This document shows, one piece after another, positions 1-13,892 of a stretch of DNA of 64,000 nt. The position numbers and the translations under genes are program-made. Each line of letters begins with the position of its first letter. Within the stretch, counting starts at the first letter, position 1. A model generated the notes under the pieces. That model was given only the letters and a program-made list of their open reading frames with translations, did no database searches and was not told the DNA's origin. Origin of the DNA: Eledone cirrhosa (Eukaryota); the NCBI GenBank assembly GCA_964016885.1, contig OZ024750.1, forward strand, positions 27,528,001-27,592,000. The letters run 5' to 3'.

Positions 1-179
1 CCTACCTTAAACACATAGTATATAGTTTCTCTTTGTATATTTTAAAAACAATTCCGTCTGTCTCTCTAAAAGTCACTAACTGATAACCGCACATTCTTTT
101 GACAGGTTTCAACCACTGAAGTATTAACTATCATATAGGATTTATGAAAATGTGAGTGCATAAGAAAAATAATATATTA

Positions 180-533
180 CAGAGTACCACCGGCATTCGC
201 GGCCGCGGTTATTCGCAGAATTTTCTTTGGAACCTAACTCATAATTGTTCGTGGAAACCACTGCACATTCGCGGAATCCTAAATATTTTCCACGATTTTT
301 TAATGGCTTTTTTCGTGGCCATATACATTTTTTAACGCTAAATTATTAATCACAATATACTGTAGTTGCCGCTCTATTGGACGCCCCCTTCGCATAGGGC
401 GGTCCCTCTTTTTTATCATATTTTACGTTATATTTTGACGTTTATAGGCATTTTTATGGACCACGTCCAATGTAGGCGGTTTTTCGCGGGTGCTCTAGGA
501 ACGTGACCCCCCGCGAATACCGGGGGTCAACTG
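180..533. mobile_element. Tigger/pogo-like non-autonomous DNA transposon (MITE)
   Basis: Imperfect TIRs CAGAGTACCACCGGCATTCGCGG / CCGCGAATACCGGGGGTCAACTG, with TA on both flanks. Confidence 0.65.
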
Positions 534-544
534 TATTTTATAGT

Positions 545-802
545 ATAGGAGGTGAATTGGACTTAGAATCATAATGTCATGGTTTCGATTTCTGGACTGA
601 GTTGCGTGTTGTGTACTTGAGCAAAACATTTCATTCCACGTTGCTCCAGTATACTCAGCTGAACATGAGTACCAGTAATAGCTGCAGGTATAACCCTGTG
701 AAGGACTGGTGTCCTGTCCAGGAGGGGAGTCTTGAACCCTCAGTCGCTTCACACCATGAAACCGGGATAAGCATCAGCCTAATGGCTTAAAACAGACTTT
801 AA
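545..802 (+). mobile_element. tRNA-derived SINE (family B)
   Basis: B-box-like GGTTTCGATTTC; body ...CTTGAGCAAAACATTTCATT...AACCCTGTGAAGGACTGG...GAAACCGGGATAAGCA; related minus-strand copy at 52805-53072. Confidence 0.6.
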
Positions 803-960
803 ACATTATATAGGAAACCAGCGATTAAACAGTGATTATTTTTCACACAAAAGCTATATAATCTAAAAGGTTTTGTAGTTATGTGTTAAACTCGGTGATT
901 CTGTGGTGTAAAAAGTCTGTCACGGTGGAAAAGCGATAAGATAGTATGTGTTTGTATAAG

Positions 961-1046
<86 letters not shown>

Positions 1047-1096
1047 TCTAACAAATCTTTATGGAAAAGGGATGGCAAGAGTGATTATGAGGAACA

Positions 1097-1199
<103 letters not shown>

Positions 1200-1579
1200 T
1201 AATTAAGTTGTATATATAATAATTTCCTGCGGTCAATAAATATATCACTAAACATTCATTTTGGCCTCGTAGTAGCGTTGTGTAAATATCGAAAACAGTG
1301 GAGAGATCCTTATAGTGGGATCACCTATAACATGATTTGGCGTAGATAAATATGGACTGTGTTGTAGAAATGTAAACTTAGTAATTTTCAAGGTGTGGTC
1401 AAAACGATCAACACGAGTACAGAGTTGTCTTCAGAACTTCCTCACACCTGACTCACCTGTCATAACATAACTAAATCTATTTAATTTTTAAGCAATTTAA
1501 TTTTCAACGTTTTTTTCCTTTGCTCCTCTTGGCAAGTATTGCTATTATCACTATTGACTTCTCGTCTCATTATTTCATA

Positions 1580-1776
1580 GGCGGTAGGGCGTTGGATTGG
1601 CAGTATCGCTAGAGGGTTGGACGACATGCTTTGCAGCACCGTTACGTCCCTTTACGGACTGAGTTCAAATCCCGTCGAGGTTCACTTTGCCTTTCATCCT
1701 TACGGGGTCGATAAAATAAAGTACCAGTAATGCACTGGGTAATTGCTGGCCTTGTGCCGAAAGTAGAAACAATTAT
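1580..1776 (+). mobile_element. Meta/MESC-domain tRNA SINE (family A)
   Basis: GGCGG start, GAGTTCAAATCCC B-box, GCCTTTCATCCTTACGGGGTCGATAAAATAAAGTACCAG core, tail GGCCTTGTGCC..AGAAACAATTAT; many copies in the window. Confidence 0.85.
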
Positions 1777-1783
1777 CACCAAA

Positions 1784-2002
1784 GGCGGTGGATTGGCAGT
1801 ATCGGTAGAGCGCGGACGCCATTCTTTGCAGTAAAGAGTTACGGCCCTTTATGGTCTGAGTTCCAATCCCGCCGAAGTTAACTTTGCCTTTCATCCTTAC
1901 GGGGTCGATAAAATAAAGCACCAATAACGCACTGGGGTCGATTTAATCCACTTTCCTCTCCCACAAAATTGCTGGCCTTCTGACTATAGTAGAAATCATT
2001 AT
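1784..2002 (+). mobile_element. Meta/MESC-domain SINE family A, long form, in tandem with the previous copy
   Basis: Same head and core plus a GGGGTCGATTTAATC segment. Confidence 0.85.
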
Positions 2003-2060
2003 GTCATAATTGCAGCAAATTCTATTGATTAAAAGTACCACTGGACTCATTCACAATAGC

Positions 2061-2109
<49 letters not shown>

Positions 2110-2115
<6 letters not shown>

Positions 2116-2300
2116 GGCAAACATAAATAACAAAGCAAACGAGACAGTACAATGAAGTAATATATTAGTTTTACGTTTGATAGAGTAGGAAGAGAGTTTG
2201 ACGCTTCGGACGGTAGCCCTTCATCACAAAATAGAATGAGGAATTCAAGAAGAAATAAAAAAAATATATAGACGAGAGTAAGCAGTGGCAGAAGCAATAA
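2110..2300 (-). mobile_element. PLE-like terminal fragment with a degenerate hammerhead (2196-2231)
   Basis: Minus strand TTTT-GTGATGA-AGGGCTACCGTCC-GAAG-CG-TC-AAAC; lies between (TG)n and (TA)n; resembles the 39860/40174 family. Confidence 0.55.
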
Positions 2301-2327
2301 AAAAAATTCTTTGAGGAAAAAGAGGTG

Positions 2328-2359
<32 letters not shown>

Positions 2360-2361
2360 CA

Positions 2362-2452
<91 letters not shown>

Positions 2453-2942
2453 TGTGTGTGTGTGTGTGTCATTGTGATAATATAACGTTTTCATTATATA
2501 CATCTGAATAATCTCTTTTATGTATAGTTATTTGTTGAAAAGCTGTCATTGTGGAAGGTGTCGTATTTATAAATAGCGTTTTATTTCTTCTTTAAATGAC
2601 TTTATATTTGTTAAGGAGTTGCATTTCTTAGATTGATTGACAAGGTGGAAAAAGAAGAAGATAGATTGGATATGTAACAAAGTGGTAAAAGGTGTGTCGT
2701 GTCGTATTGTACAAGGTTTTGTGGTGTATGTGCGAGGGAAGTATTCAAAGGAGGTGGGGATATAGAAGAATATACCCGTTTTAACTCTTCCTAGGCTGAA
2801 GGATATAATTACCTGCGTTTAAAGCAGACAAAATGTTGAATTGTTGGGCAAAGTCAGCCATTTGAATTACAGGTACAAATCATTTTTACGGTTGAGTGGA
2901 TAGCAGCAACGTGAATTGAACTGATGACTTTGCGATCTAGCT

Positions 2943-3261
2943 CAGCGTTTCTTAAAATGGACGCTACTACCCCAGGGGAGCGTTGGGGTCAGTGGCTGGA
3001 AGTAAAGATGATATAATAGTATATTAAATATCAAATGATGCATATTATTTCTAGATATATTAAAATGAAAAAATATATAATACTTATTTATAAATAGAAT
3101 ATATTATATAATTTATTATATATAAATGAACGAGCTAATGTATCATATATTACTTACAATTTTCGTGTAGGCAGGTCTCTCTGGAAATGGGGGTGGTGGC
3201 GCTGAGGGTATTACAGGGCTTTGAGGTGTGGGAGGTAGCCCCAAATGTTTAAGAACCTCTG
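2943..3261. mobile_element. hAT (Charlie-like) MITE
   Basis: TIRs CAGCGTTTCTTAAA / TTTAAGAACCTCTG; no clean 8-bp TSD. Confidence 0.5.
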
Positions 3262-3605
3262 GTTCAACTCATTAACGTCAAGCTAATCTCAGTTTCCCAC
3301 AGCATCAACAAATAATTTAGGGACACATGTTCCCTTTCATAGACAGAGGTCTATATTCAAAACATCTTTTTTCGCTTGAAACATTATATTTTATACCACA
3401 TCGCCCTTCGTGCGGGTTAAGAAGGGACTTAGGTAGAGAAGGCTGTTAGAAATATATCCTAGTCTCCATTCTATGCTGTAAAAACTGGCGATGGGCCTGC
3501 TACCTCTCGTTGGAGGCGTGGGATGGACGCACGAAGATTGCGTATCCCGAGACCCCAAAGAGAATCCGGAAGGAAGCAAACGTTATATTTTATAAATTCT
3601 TATAA

Positions 3606-3775
3606 TAATGGTTTTTGATGTAGGCACAAGGCCAACAATTTTGGGGAAGTGGAACGTCGATTAAATCTACCCCAGTGTATTACTGGTGCTATATTTTATC
3701 GATTAAAGATGAAAGGCAAAGCTAACCTCATCGGGATTTGAACTCAGAAGGTAAAGGCTCGTAACTCTATAAATT
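3606..3775 (-). mobile_element. Meta/MESC SINE family A (diverged, partial)
   Basis: Reverse complement of the core (GATGAAAGGCAAAG..GGGATTTGAACTCAG). Confidence 0.75.
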
Positions 3776-3944
3776 CTTATAATAATAGCACTAACCTTAA
3801 TCAATATTTCCATTCTTCTGTTTATGGAAACAATTCGAAAAGATGAAACAATATATATCACTAGAATTAGAAATGAAAAACTACCAAAAATTCGGGAGAA
3901 AACTTTGATATAATTTATTTTAACTGCCTCATGCAATATCCCAG

Positions 3945-4503
3945 GCTCCTTCCACAACTATTTCCACATCCAATAACCTAGACTCTTTCCACAACTATTT
4001 CCACATCCAATAACCTAGACTTCTTCCACACCTAATAACCTAGACTCCTTCTACAAATATTTCCACATCCAATAACCTAGACTCCTTCCATAAATATTTC
4101 CACATCTAATAACCTAGACTCCTTCCACAAATATTTCCACATCTAATAACCTACACTCCTTCCACAAATATTTCCACATCTAATAACCTAGACTCCTTCC
4201 ACAAATATTTCCACATCCAATAACCTAGACTCCTTCGACAACTATTTCCACATGCAATAACCTAGACTTCTTCCACAGATATTTCCACATGCAATAACCT
4301 AGACTTCTTCCACAACTGTTTCCACATGCAATAACCTAGACTTCTTCCACAACTGTTTCCACATGCAATAACCTAGACTTCTTCCACAACTATTTCCACA
4401 TGCAATAACCTAGACTTCTTCCATAACTATTTCCACATCCAATAACCTAACCTCCTTCCACAAATATTTCCACATCCAATAACCTAACCTTCTTCCACAA
4501 ATG
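3945..4503. repeat. 37-bp minisatellite, ~15 copies
   Basis: Unit CTCCTTCCACAAATATTTCCACATCCAATAACCTAGA (period 37, e.g. 4082 and 4119). Confidence 0.95.
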
Positions 4504-5550
4504 TATTTACAAAGAAAGAAAACATATGCCAACCCAAATACATTCTTAACATTCTTCACAGAATTATTGGTAATATTCAAGCATTGAAGGATTCATAATT
4601 GAAAAGGTATTATATTCTACTGAAGAATATAAATCACTGAAAACTTAGTTTTACCCCAAGAGAGATGGCGTATCAAAGCAAGCATACTTAGATTATTTTC
4701 ACACATTCTTGCTAGAGTTAACTCACAAGAGACCAGTTATGTTACTTAAATAATAATAAAAAAAATCTGAAAGAGAACGCGATTATAAGAGAAAAAAGAA
4801 AGGAATTTGTAGTATTGACGGAGGAGAATATCTAGATTATGAAATCCCTAGCCCCTTCTCTGAATACGACTAGTTTTAAAAGGTAAAATATTTTTATAGA
4901 TAAAAAAAATTGAAACTTAAAGAAAATATTTTCTCTGATAATATGATACGTTATTTCAAACTTACTAATGGATGGAGAATTTTCTCCTCTATAGAATAAA
5001 TATGAGAATAACATGCTTTTATGGAATTTAAAATATGTCATCTTAAATTCCAGCGTTTCAAATAAAACAAACATTTAACGGCGGGACTGTGACCCACACA
5101 AAAGACCCTGAAAAACACGCGCACATGTACTTACATATCAACACATATTCAAAGGCCTACCAAACAATGGTTTAGTCTGCTGACAACATTCTCTCTCGAT
5201 AAATAAATCTGCACTCTACACATTTCACCACTTCCTGAAAAAGCCTTATTGTTTCTTTGTCTCTTGGTGGTGCAAGGGCAATCGAGGCCACCATTTCATC
5301 ACCAAACCCACACACAAAAGAAAAAAAAAAATCTACTTAACCCGAAAGTTTACCAACATATATTGTAACTAAATAAATAATTGTAGTTTCTATCTTTTAT
5401 CTTCAGACACAAACATATTTAAACTACACTCATTAACACCACACCTGACACCCAGAACATACATCTAACATCTATCTATCTGTACAGGTAAAATTACCCA
5501 AAACATGATACACACAAACAGTACACACATACACACACTGACACAAACAG

Positions 5551-5694
<144 letters not shown>

Positions 5695-5724
5695 TCTCTC
5701 TCTCTATATATATATATATATAAT

Positions 5725-6171
5725 ATTATTATGAATAAAATAACAGGAGGCTGGACTGGTGTAAATCCTTGAAAAGTGTATTATATTATGATAATTTCAA
5801 TGACCGGGTTCCGTATGAATCCGGTGATGTCATCAGGTATTCGAAATATAACAAAGGAATATATAAAAATCCATGGGTCCGAAAATCAGAGACAGAGAGG
5901 ACGACTGACCAACTAGCTGTTTTCACCTCGTTCAGTCGCCCTCAAGGCCCTCAAGGGCGACTGACCGAGGTGAAAATAGCTAGTTGGTCAGTCGTCCTCT
6001 CTGTCTCTGATTTTCGGACCCATGGATTTTTATATATTCCTTGGTTATATTTCGAATACCTAATAATATCACCGGATTCATACGGAACCCGGTCATTGAA
6101 ATAATCATAGTATAATAAACTTTCCAATGATTTACACCAGTCCAGACTCCTGTTATTTTATTCATAATAAT
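5725..6171. mobile_element. ~445-bp fold-back palindrome with hammerhead-like motifs in both arms (PLE-like)
   Basis: Arms 5725-5941 / 5955-6171; minus-strand CTGATGA (5830-5836) and GAAA (5795-5798); the plus arm has a decayed core followed by AATAAA; adjoins (TA)n. Confidence 0.7.
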
Positions 6172-6347
6172 TAACTCCCTATTCGCACCACCAACTACAC
6201 AAACGAAGACGGGTGAACTGCACTACATTGAGTACTTTCCATAATATTGCATCAAGATTGACCATACGGAATGATCAATTCTATCCAGTGGTGAACCAAC
6301 AAACCTAAATAAATATATATATAATATATATATATGTATATATATAT

Positions 6348-6474
<127 letters not shown>

Positions 6475-6477
6475 TGT

Positions 6478-6721
6478 GGCTTTTACAGGACTAGAACTGT
6501 TTCATTCGAAGGAAATCACCAAGAAAGCGGGGACTGCCAATGTGGTATGGTGGTATTTATAGGTTTAAATACCACCATAACACATTGACAGTCGGCTTTC
6601 CTCATGATTTCCTTCGAATGAAACAGTTCTAGTCCTGTAGAAGCCATTTCTATATTAAATATTTACACTCACTCTGAGATGTATTGAGTACGTTACTGTT
6701 GTTACCTCCGATTGTACCCGA

Positions 6722-6722
<1 letters not shown>
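6478..6722. mobile_element. Fold-back element with hammerhead (family of 51277)
   Basis: Inverted repeat 6478-6645; plus-strand GGCTTTC-CTCATGA-TTTCCTTCGAAT-GAAA-CAG-TTCTAGTC-CTG-TA-GAAGCC (6594-6645, core G5->C). Confidence 0.75.
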
Positions 6723-6820
<98 letters not shown>

Positions 6821-6935
6821 GAAGTATTTCCGTAGGAAAGGTAAAGGAAAAGAGAGTGGGCTATGTAGGCTACAGAGCTTTTTAGGGATTGAGTTGAAAC
6901 CGGTACTCTCTCTGTCTCTCTCACACTCACACACA

Positions 6936-7008
<73 letters not shown>

Positions 7009-7123
7009 GCAGACACACACACACTCACACACAGACACACACACACACACACACATATATATTTATATATAGATATTTACAAATAATATGTATACGGAGC
7101 CGATCTCGCGGACGTTTGCAGAG

Positions 7124-7590
7124 CTGAAGAAGGTCAGTCAAGCCTGAAATGCATAGACGGTTGTCCCCCTTGCTTCTGCTGGACACTACCAGGGGGCGTT
7201 AGCCTCGGTGTTTGCATAGCTACGGCTTCCTGAAACCGTGTTTCTTTATAAATACGAAATTTCTATAGATATGTGTATAAAGCTATGCTTGAAGCGAAAT
7301 CTTATTTCTTTTCTATTATAAGTTGAGCCAACTTATGAAGCTTCATATGCAAATGAGATTAATCACCTCATTTACACAGACGAGAAAAGTATATATTCTC
7401 GCCTGTCTTCTAGTCCAGCAGTCGCAAGCGGTGGGAGGGACCGTCCTGACGAAGGCCAGTTAAGCCTGAAATGCATAGACGGTTGTCCCCCTTGCTTCTG
7501 CTGGACACTACCAGAGGGCGTTAGCCTCGGTCTTTGCATAGCTACGGCTTCCTAAAACCGTGTTTCTTTAGAAATACAAAATTTCTATAC
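7124..7590 (+). mobile_element. Tandem 322-bp hammerhead-bearing repeat (retrozyme/PLE pLTR-like), ~1.45 units
   Basis: Direct repeat with HHR cores at 7124 and 7446; flanked by (TA)n-rich tracts. Confidence 0.8.
7413..7506 (+). ncRNA. Type I minimal hammerhead ribozyme (complete)
   Basis: Stem I GTCCAGCAG..GCAAG..GGACCGTC / GACGGTTGTCC..CTTGC..CTGCTGGAC; CTGACGA 7446-7452; stem II AGGC/GCCT; GAAA 7468-7471; TGCA palindromic loop; TA. Confidence 0.85.
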
Positions 7591-7613
7591 ATACATATAT
7601 ATATATATATATC

Positions 7614-7717
7614 CAGGGAGTGTAACGCTAGATCGATACCGATCGAACCTTCAGCTGATCAGTAGCGAAACGCGCGTCACCAACTAATAAACGTAATGAA
7701 GAAGTAACCATTCGTCC

Positions 7718-7722
<5 letters not shown>
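7614..7722 (+). ncRNA. 5'-truncated hammerhead 3' half in a (TA)n insert
   Basis: AGC-GAAA-CGCGCG-TC (7664-7678) followed by AATAAA; same family as 22623 and 50222. Confidence 0.6.
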
Positions 7723-7754
<32 letters not shown>

Positions 7755-8078
7755 TACATGTCAATACACGTCAATAAGTATTACATACTAAATTTCATTT
7801 CAAATCACTCATCCATACAGACAAAGCTTTAAACATAATAGTGTGTTCAAGCAGCTAAGATGTTAACAAATGTACAAAACTATTATTACGTTTGTGTGAG
7901 CGTGTATAACTTTCTGTGTTGTATGTTTTTTAATGCTACATTGCATGTGGGAACTACTTGTGTGAGCGTGTTTGTTTATGCCCACACAGACACATACACA
8001 CACACACATATACATATATACGTATATACGCATTATGAATAAATATATATATGTGTGTGTGTATGTGTGTGTGTGTAA

Positions 8079-8147
<69 letters not shown>

Positions 8148-8678
8148 TATATATATATACAAAACTCATCGTGCCCTCTTCGTCTTTATATATATGTATA
8201 GAATGTATATGCTAACTTTGAAACACTGTTGAAAGACATATAGAAGAAGTATCAAATGGAATAGAAGAGTTAAAATAAAATTGACAAAGAAAATAAACAG
8301 TGAATAGCTGTAGTGTGTTTAATAATATTTATTTCATTTTGTTTACTGTTTAAGTAGGTGTGTCGATGTAGTAGCCGACGTACCTACGATTGTTGAAATT
8401 TGTTCAGGTAATTAATTATATAGGGAATACTTTCAACATGTTCTTGTATTTCATACCACAACTTTCCTATACAATCTAGCAACTTTTTACGCTAGCTTCA
8501 CACTTTTTCCCGCATTAACAATTACATACTATGCCTCCATGCTGAAAGGGCGTTTTGCTAGAGAGCATTCTTCTTTGCCTTTTTTCTGAATATTTTGTAC
8601 TCTCTTATTTGTGTTCCCCATCTCACCATCTCCCTCTTTCCCTCCTTTTTCGTTTTCCCTATGATACATCAGTATATA

Positions 8679-8739
<61 letters not shown>

Positions 8740-9640
8740 TAAAATGTGGAGAGGGACCACACGAGTTAGGATATTTATATATATGAAAACAGGGAGAAAG
8801 TGACGATTATTAGGAAGAAAGATATATTTTTTTCCTTTTTATTTTTTTCTCTCTTTTTTCTGGGTTAGAAAATGATTAAAACGAAATATTTTACTTTATG
8901 TGAAGTGTTAAGTTATTAGTTGATTTATTTATTAATTAACAATGGCATTTATTTATTTATTTATTTATATATTTAATAATTGTCTATTACCGGTTTCAGC
9001 ATTTTTATGCATTATCAAATGATAATAATATGTATTGGTGTAGAATGGTGGTGTTGGACATGTTAAAGAAATGGTGCAGAAAGAATAATGTTATTTACAA
9101 AAAAGGTTTATGAAGTGAAAAGAAAAAAGAAAAAAAGGAACGTAATGTGGAGCATAATAAGGCAATGTGAAAGAAAAAAATAATGTTATTTACAGGCACA
9201 GTTCTTGAAGATAAGCAGATCAAAATGTGTTAATATAGCAGGAGTGCTTAGTTGATCCATGATGGAGGCAAATAGTTGACTGAGAAGGTCACTCTTATAT
9301 AAAATCTGCGACTTCCTTTCCATCCAATGATGTAGACCAATTCTACTTTTGGGGAAAATGCATTCGATGTTCGGAAAGTGGCATTAGCCCCGTGCAAAGC
9401 CCTTCCTCACTTTAAAACGCTTCAAGCACAGGCATCGCTTGATATGTGACATTTTTTGCGATGCTGACCATAGGTAAGTACCTAGCAGGACGAAAAAGCC
9501 AGAACCGTGATGCTCATGCTTAAGTATCAAGCGATGGCATTACTCGAAATTGAGTTGCAGTCATCATATAGTAGTAATAATAAATACAAAACCCCAAATC
9601 CTGAGAGAAGACTTGATAAGGGTTGTAAATATATATATAG

Positions 9641-9705
9641 CAAGGGCGGTGCCCCAGCATGGCCTCAGCCGGATGTCTGAAACAGGTAAAAGAGTAAAAG
9701 AGTAT
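9641..9705 (+). mobile_element. Short LINE/SINE 3' tail
   Basis: GGCGGTGCCCCAGCATGGCCTCAGCCGGATGTCTGAAACAGGTAAAAGAG; related copies at 37128-37160 (+) and 53737-53795 (-). Confidence 0.55.
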
Positions 9706-9723
9706 ATATACATACATACACAT

Positions 9724-9772
<49 letters not shown>

Positions 9773-9910
9773 CCCCCTCCTCTCAAAAGCGTGAACCTAA
9801 TAAACCACTATTTGTACTGCCTCTCTGTTTGTTGTCCCTGTCTAAGATTTAACTATATATATATATATATAAACCGGTAGACAAATATTTATTATTAGCA
9901 CACACACAAC

Positions 9911-10131
9911 GGCGGTGGATTGGCAGTATCGGTAGAGCGTCAGACACCTTGTTTTGCAGCATAGAGTTATGGCCCTTTACATTCTGAGTTCAACTCCCGT
10001 CGAGGTTAACTTTTCGTTTCATCCTTACGGGGCCGATAACATAAAGTACCAGTAACGAACTGGGGTCGATTTAATCGACTTTTCCCTGTCCCAAAATTGC
10101 TGGCCCTGTGCCTATATAAGAAACCATTATT
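9911..10131 (+). mobile_element. Meta/MESC SINE family A, long form
   Basis: Full head, core and tail match. Confidence 0.85.
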
Positions 10132-10141
10132 AGCACCCCCC

Positions 10142-10198
<57 letters not shown>

Positions 10199-10940
10199 AT
10201 ATTGATATTAAGTACAAGTCAACCTGTAAAACTTTCAATAGATTGGCTTCCTATCTAGGAGAAGTCTTGAACTCTCAGTCGATTAACACCGACAAAACCG
10301 AGATATGCATTGGCCTGATGAGTCAGATAAGTTTGATAAGTCTGAAACGTATGATGAGAATTGTAATAGTTCTCGCATAAAACAATATGCACATATATAT
10401 ATGTGTTTATATAGCCACAAAATTATAGTCATCCACATAACCACATACCTACACACACATATAGGTGTTATAAGACTTTATATACACTAATACTCTATAT
10501 CATTTATATTTAAATGTTAGCCATTAATTTGTATTTATCTCTACATATCGTATTTCCGGTGGGTTGCACTTTCGTAGAAAGGGTTGCACTAATTAGCGTT
10601 CCTGTCTGGGCCTGGCAGTCTTTACTGAATGACACTTCTTAGATATAGAAACCATGATACTCTGCATTTTTTATTTTTTTTATCAGTATTTTAAATGTTC
10701 TCAAACTTTTGAAGGTTGTTTATGTTGTGTGATAACTTGTATATCATGTAAATAGGTTTGTGTTTTTAATTTCTGTTAACAGCTCAGGTTTTAAACTGCT
10801 AAAAGTTGTTGGGTCATTCTGATTTTTGTGTTTGTTTTATTTTTGTTTTTTTTTTAAAAAGAAACGCTGTAGTGCTCAAGGTGAAACCATTACAACAATC
10901 ATGCATATATGGACACATAAATACAGGCATACACATATAC

Positions 10941-10990
<50 letters not shown>

Positions 10991-10999
10991 ATGTATATG

Positions 11000-11260
11000 T
11001 CAGCTCAAAAGTGACACAGAGGAGACTGAGGTTAGCTGGACATGTTCACCGACATCCAGAGTTGACATTGCACTCAGTGCTCCTGTGGGAGCCCCTACAT
11101 GGACACAGTGGAAGAGGAAGACCAAGGTTAACGTATGTTGATGCCCTAAGGACAGACACTGGTCTGTTGGAGACGCAGGACATGGTAGCGATAATGAGGG
11201 ACAAAGACCGCTGGAGAGAACTCGTCCATGGATCTCGGGAATTTTACCCGCCCTAGATAG
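11000..11260 (+). mobile_element. RTE-clade LINE 3' fragment
   Basis: Peptide RRLRLAGHVHRH...GRGRPRLTYVD...DKDRWR, typical of RTE ORF C-termini; second copy on minus strand at 19125-19270. Confidence 0.8.
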
Positions 11261-11368
11261 ATATATATATATCCCACCCGCCACTTTCAAGCGTGAACTT
11301 AATACTAACACTTTGTACTGCACTCTTCGTTATTGTTTCTGTTTTCTGTTTTAACTTATATATATATA

Positions 11369-11400
11369 CTAGCAGAATGGGCCGGCGCTGCTCGGGACTT
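11369..11400 (-). mobile_element. Helitron 3' terminus fragment
   Basis: CTAG plus GC-rich hairpin similar to the 43136-43175 end. Confidence 0.45.
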
Positions 11401-11549
11401 GCTCTAGGGTTCTTATATATTTGATATATATTTATCCTCATCGAGCCTTGGGAAATAAATACGTTTGTTTATATTTTGTTATTGTGTATGCAAAAATATC
11501 TGTACGCGAATATATAATTATATATATATATATTAAAATAACAGATTAA

Positions 11550-11600
11550 AGTTTAAGCAAAGAATCGCTGTTTTCACCCTTAACTGGATCTTCTGAAACT
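11550..11600 (-). ncRNA. Hammerhead-like motif with CAGAAGA core
   Basis: Minus strand AGTTT-CAGAAGA-TCCAGTTAAGGGT-GAAA-ACAGCGATTCTTTGC-TT-AAACT; second copy at 45596-45646. Confidence 0.6.
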
Positions 11601-11667
11601 AAAAAAATCAATCTGTGAACGCAGAAGTAAATATTTCGAAAAATGTTACACACTATATATATATATA

Positions 11668-12130
<463 letters not shown>

Positions 12131-12352
12131 TATATCTATATATATATATATATATATATAAGATAAAGATCCCATAACCCCTTGTGGAGTCGTAGAGGCA
12201 CCGTCATACACCACGTCTAGGGAACTTTTAAACCTGGCGGAGCCCAACTCTCTTCGGGTCTGAAGACAGTCCATTTATTCTATAGGGGAAGAATCTACCC
12301 CAGTACTGGACTATTACTGTCTTATCGACCTCGATCGCGATAGAATGAAAGG

Positions 12353-12404
<52 letters not shown>

Positions 12405-12489
12405 CACACACCTTTTCCTCTTTGTTTTTCTTTGCTTGTTTCCTTAAAGTTTACCATCATTCCGTTCGTATACATCCATTACACAAATT

Positions 12490-12547
12490 ACACCCGATGA
12501 GGTCACCGGGTTCTTACGCAACCTGGCCATTGAAATGTGCATAGTGT
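12490..12547 (+). ncRNA. Hammerhead-like motif (core CCGATGA)
   Basis: ACAC-CCGATGA-GGTCACCGGGTT..AACCTGGCCATT-GAAA-TGTGCA-TA-GTGT, then AATAAA; related to the 5830 family. Confidence 0.55.
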
Positions 12548-12749
12548 TTAGAGTAATAAAAAATTAAGGAAATTCAACATATTTGGCCTCGTCATTTCAC
12601 TTTATAATTATATAATATATACTTACATACAGGTATACAACAACTTTTCTATACAATCTACCATCTTTTTACGCTAGCTGCACACATTTCCTGCGTTGAC
12701 AATTACATAACGCGTCTCCATTTTGGATGGGCGTTTTACTAGAGATCAC

Positions 12750-12905
12750 TTTACGTTCTGAGTTCAAATCCGGCCGAGGTTAGCTTTGCCTTTTATCCTT
12801 ACGGTGTCGACGAAATAATGTACCAGTAACACACTAGGCTCGATTTTATCGACCTTCTCCTCCCCCAAAATTGTTGGCCTTGTGACTAAATCATAAACCA
12901 TTATT
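12750..12905 (+). mobile_element. Meta/MESC SINE family A (5'-truncated); other fragments at 12295-12355 (-), 13516-13599 (-), 15875-15980 (+)
   Basis: GAGTTCAAATCC and GCCTTT(C/T)ATCCTTACGG..TCGA core. Confidence 0.75.
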
Positions 12906-13461
12906 GCATTTTATCAGGAGCCTTATATTTCAGTTGTTGACCTAGTCACATTTTATTTATATATACTTTAGTAAGTATAGAAGAGTTCATATTAGCTCAC
13001 AAATTACCCCTCTCGTGTTTATAATATAATAAACATTAGAAAATACTTGGCCAATTACTATACTTTAAAGCTGAGCTTAAAACCAAAGTACTTTTTACTA
13101 AATGTTAACACATATGACTTTATCCATTGGTACACATAATTTACTCTACTCGTGTGGATGTTGTATTAAAGTTTGATAAAGTTTACTTTCAAGAAATGTA
13201 TATAAGTGGTTTACACTAAACTCATAAAATATAATTCTTTATGGAATAAAACAAAAATATGCGTGGGTATATGTGTGTTTAATGAGTTCAATATTAATGA
13301 TCAATTATTTACGAGCAGCAATGTATTGTATGGTCCTGTAAGTCCTGATAGACTTATGGGGGCGTCGTATTGACATACGGCGGTCCTTGGGCCTTTTATG
13401 CCTGGTGGAGTCCATCCTTCTCCAGGTCTGAGTACAGCAGATTTCTTCAAGAGAAAGATAT

Positions 13462-13498
<37 letters not shown>

Positions 13499-13892
13499 TG
13501 AGATATAGAGGAAGAATCGACCCCAGTACGAGATTGGTGCTTTTTTATCGACCTCGAAAGGATGAAAGGCAAAGTTGACATCGGTGGGATTTGAACTCAC
13601 TACTCCACCAAGGTTTACGGGACAATGCATGCAATTTGATATAAAGCGAAATATTGAACGGCTTAGATTTCACACGATTACTTCAAACCAGGTATATTTC
13701 AAGAACATAATTTATCGACAAGAGTCAGAAATTTGATACCAGTAAAATTAGAACTCATAACTAAATTAAGCTTAATTAAATACTCTGATACAATATATTC
13801 CAATTGCTTACTACCGTCTTCATTGAGGACAAAGATTTCTCCTTTCAGAAATGTTTTAGACATTTTACCATTCAACAGTAACAAGTCAATAG

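Noticed and set aside
3945-4503. CRISPR-like periodicity of the 37-bp and 45-bp arrays
   Set aside because: Head-to-tail units with no unique spacers, no cas genes, eukaryotic context
9240-9480. Possible host exon ending at AG|GTAAGT (~9472)
   Set aside because: No recognisable reading frame or acceptor site; a single donor motif is insufficient
10314-10360. CTGATGAG...GAAAC hammerhead-like string
   Set aside because: CTGATGAG belongs to a SINE tail (GGCCTGATGAG); no convincing stems I or III and no TH at the expected position
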